From: Methylorubrum extorquens
GTDB lineage: Bacteria; Pseudomonadota; Alphaproteobacteria; Rhizobiales; Beijerinckiaceae
Assembly: GCA_900234795.1 (NCBI GenBank)
Contig: LT962688.1
Location: 4,050,001 to 4,082,000 of the forward strand
Direction of reading: 5' to 3'
DNA length: 32,000 nt
The notes below the pieces were generated by a model. The model was not told the DNA's origin and searched no databases. It worked only from the letters and a program-made list of their open reading frames with translations. Shown piece after piece: positions 30,794 through 32,000 of the stretch (position 1 is the stretch's first letter; each line of letters opens with the position of its first letter). Position numbers and translations under genes: made by a program.

Positions 30794-31415
30794 GGCGATG
30801 ACGAGCCTGTGGCAGCCGCGCGGCGCCTGGGAGGGGACCGCGCGGATCGGGCGCCACGGTGCAGCCGCGGGGCCGGCGGGCATCCGCCTGAGCCTGCGCG
30901 AGGGGTTCGGCCTCGCCACCCTCATCGCGGCTGAGGGAAAGGAAGCCGACTTACAAACTGCCCTTGCGGATCGGTTCGGCCCGTCCCTGCCGGATGCCGG
31001 CACCGCAATCTTCGAGGGCGAGACGGGTTTGGTCTGGTCCGCGCCCGGCCAGTGGCTCGCGGTGGCGCCGTCACCGGGCGATCTGCGGGATTGGCCCGAA
31101 GCCCTGCGCGGTGTCGCCTCCGTCACCGACCAGAGCGACAGCCGCGCCCTGGTGCGGATCTGTGGGCCGCAGGCGCGCGCCATGCTCGCCAAGGGCGTGG
31201 CGATCGATCTGCACCCCCGCGCCTTTGGGCCGGGCCGGACGGCGGTGACGAGCATCGCCCATATCGGCGTGCAGCTCTGGCAGCGCGATGCCGGCCCGAC
31301 CTACGACCTCACGGTCGCCCGCAGCTTCGCCGGCAGCTTCTGGCGCTGGCTGGAGCACGCGGCGGCCGAGTTCGGCTACGAGGTCGAAGGCGCGGATCAG
31401 CGCCGGCTGAAATAG
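30786..31415 (+). CDS. mgdD: Sarcosine-oxidase gamma-subunit-family protein; NMG dehydrogenase subunit D by context
   Basis: The 209-aa ORF has an 8-nt overlap with the mgdC stop (ATGTCTGA). Its size and position match SoxG, and it contains the motif TDQSDSRALVRICGPQARAMLAKG. Confidence 0.75.
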   Translation: MSEAMTSLWQPRGAWEGTARIGRHGAAAGPAGIRLSLREGFGLATLIAAEGKEADLQTALADRFGPSLPDAGTAIFEGETGLVWSAPGQWLAVAPSPGDLRDWPEALRGVASVTDQSDSRALVRICGPQARAMLAKGVAIDLHPRAFGPGRTAVTSIAHIGVQLWQRDAGPTYDLTVARSFAGSFWRWLEHAAAEFGYEVEGADQRRLK

Positions 31416-31993
31416 CGCCGGTCGGCGGCGTCGGTCTCGGCCAGCGGTAGGACGAGACGTCCCGTCCGGTCGATCAGGCCCCAGCGCCCGCCGACCATCG
31501 CGGCGGGTTGCCGTCCGTCCGAGCGGCAGCCCTCGCAGACCAAAGCCTCGCCGCATGCGTTGAACGGGAAGGCCCAGTCGTAGGGCGTGGCGAGGACGAG
31601 CCGCAGGCGGCGGTCGTAGAAGGCGACCTTGCCGTTGCGCCAACTGCGCACGAGGCCCTGCTCGAAAGGGTCCGGCCCGTTATCGAGTAGGAACACCGGC
31701 AGCGCCAGCCCGTCGCGGCGCACCCAGAGACAGCCGATCCCCGGCACGCGCAACTCGGCGAGGCCGCGCTCGAAACGCATCCGCGCGAGATGCGCCGGGG
31801 CGACCCGGACCATCCCGTCCTCGCGCCGGGCGCAATGCGCGTACGAGTCGAGATCCCGACGGAAATAGGCGCAGGCCAGCGGATACGGGGCCGCGCCCTG
31901 GCCTGCGCCGAGAGCCGGCAACGGAAGCGCTGCGAGCGCCGTGAGGCCAACCAGCATCCCCCGCGCGACCCGACGGGACGGGCGGCGCCGCAA
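31397..31993 (-). CDS. Secreted WG-repeat-containing protein (hypothetical)
   Basis: The 198-aa ORF has a signal-peptide-like N-terminus (MLVGLTALAALPLPALGAG) and WG-type repeats (NGKVAFYDRRLRLVLATPYDWAFPF; GGRWGLIDRTGRLVLPL). It converges on mgdD with a 19-bp overlap of the 3' ends. Confidence 0.55.
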   Translation of the reverse strand: MRRRPSRRVARGMLVGLTALAALPLPALGAGQGAAPYPLACAYFRRDLDSYAHCARREDGMVRVAPAHLARMRFERGLAELRVPGIGCLWVRRDGLALPVFLLDNGPDPFEQGLVRSWRNGKVAFYDRRLRLVLATPYDWAFPFNACGEALVCEGCRSDGRQPAAMVGGRWGLIDRTGRLVLPLAETDAADRRYFSRR

Positions 31994-32000
31994 GGGGCGC

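Noticed and set aside
7816-31415. Functional coupling between the secreted peroxidase system and the methylamine (NMG) cluster, for example H2O2 supply
   Set aside because: The two blocks are separated by a tRNA, an IS remnant and an AT-rich tract, which suggests independent origins. NMG dehydrogenase is not known to be an H2O2-producing oxidase. Adjacency is most simply coincidental.

Overview
This is high-GC DNA (about 70% G+C in the coding stretches I counted), alphaproteobacterial in style and methylotroph-like. It has two very different halves separated by a tRNA.

LEFT (1-18573, all on the minus strand):
- A 10.8-kb gene encodes a 3585-aa secreted giant with TWO complete animal-type heme peroxidase domains plus many RTX Ca-binding blocks (a 'long peroxicin'-type protein).
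- It is followed by a GC-rich hairpin and a PrtD-type T1SS ABC exporter.
- Next comes a translationally coupled (ATGA overlap) cadherin-like/RTX protein with an N-terminal membrane anchor. It is split over three frames by two +1 shifts at G5 runs.
- Then come a HlyD-type adaptor and a low-GC, Cys-rich MOD1/V4R-like sensor ORF that overlaps a HisKA_3 kinase, followed by a NarL-type response regulator.

MIDDLE (18574-19684):
- A strikingly AT-rich spacer (25% G+C over 18841-18900).
- A C-terminal remnant of an IS630-family transposase.
- tRNA-Gly(CCC), whose 3' end faces the peroxidase cluster. This looks like the edge of a tRNA-anchored island.

RIGHT (19685-31993):
- A small membrane protein.
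- The canonical N-methylglutamate (NMG) pathway cluster for methylamine use: gmaS, mgsC, mgsB, mgsA and a GlxA/AraC regulator on the minus strand, divergent from mgdA, mgdB, mgdC, mgdD on the plus strand.
- A convergent WG-repeat secreted protein.

The most interesting item is the peroxidase/T1SS/RTX/sensor module. It is a candidate extracellular oxidant-generating or matrix-crosslinking system, and I know of no functionally characterised counterpart.

Many long ORFs in the track are antisense or alternate-frame artefacts of high GC and are rejected. I saw no CRISPR array, rRNA gene or intact mobile element. All family assignments come from motif recognition by eye; no searches were run.
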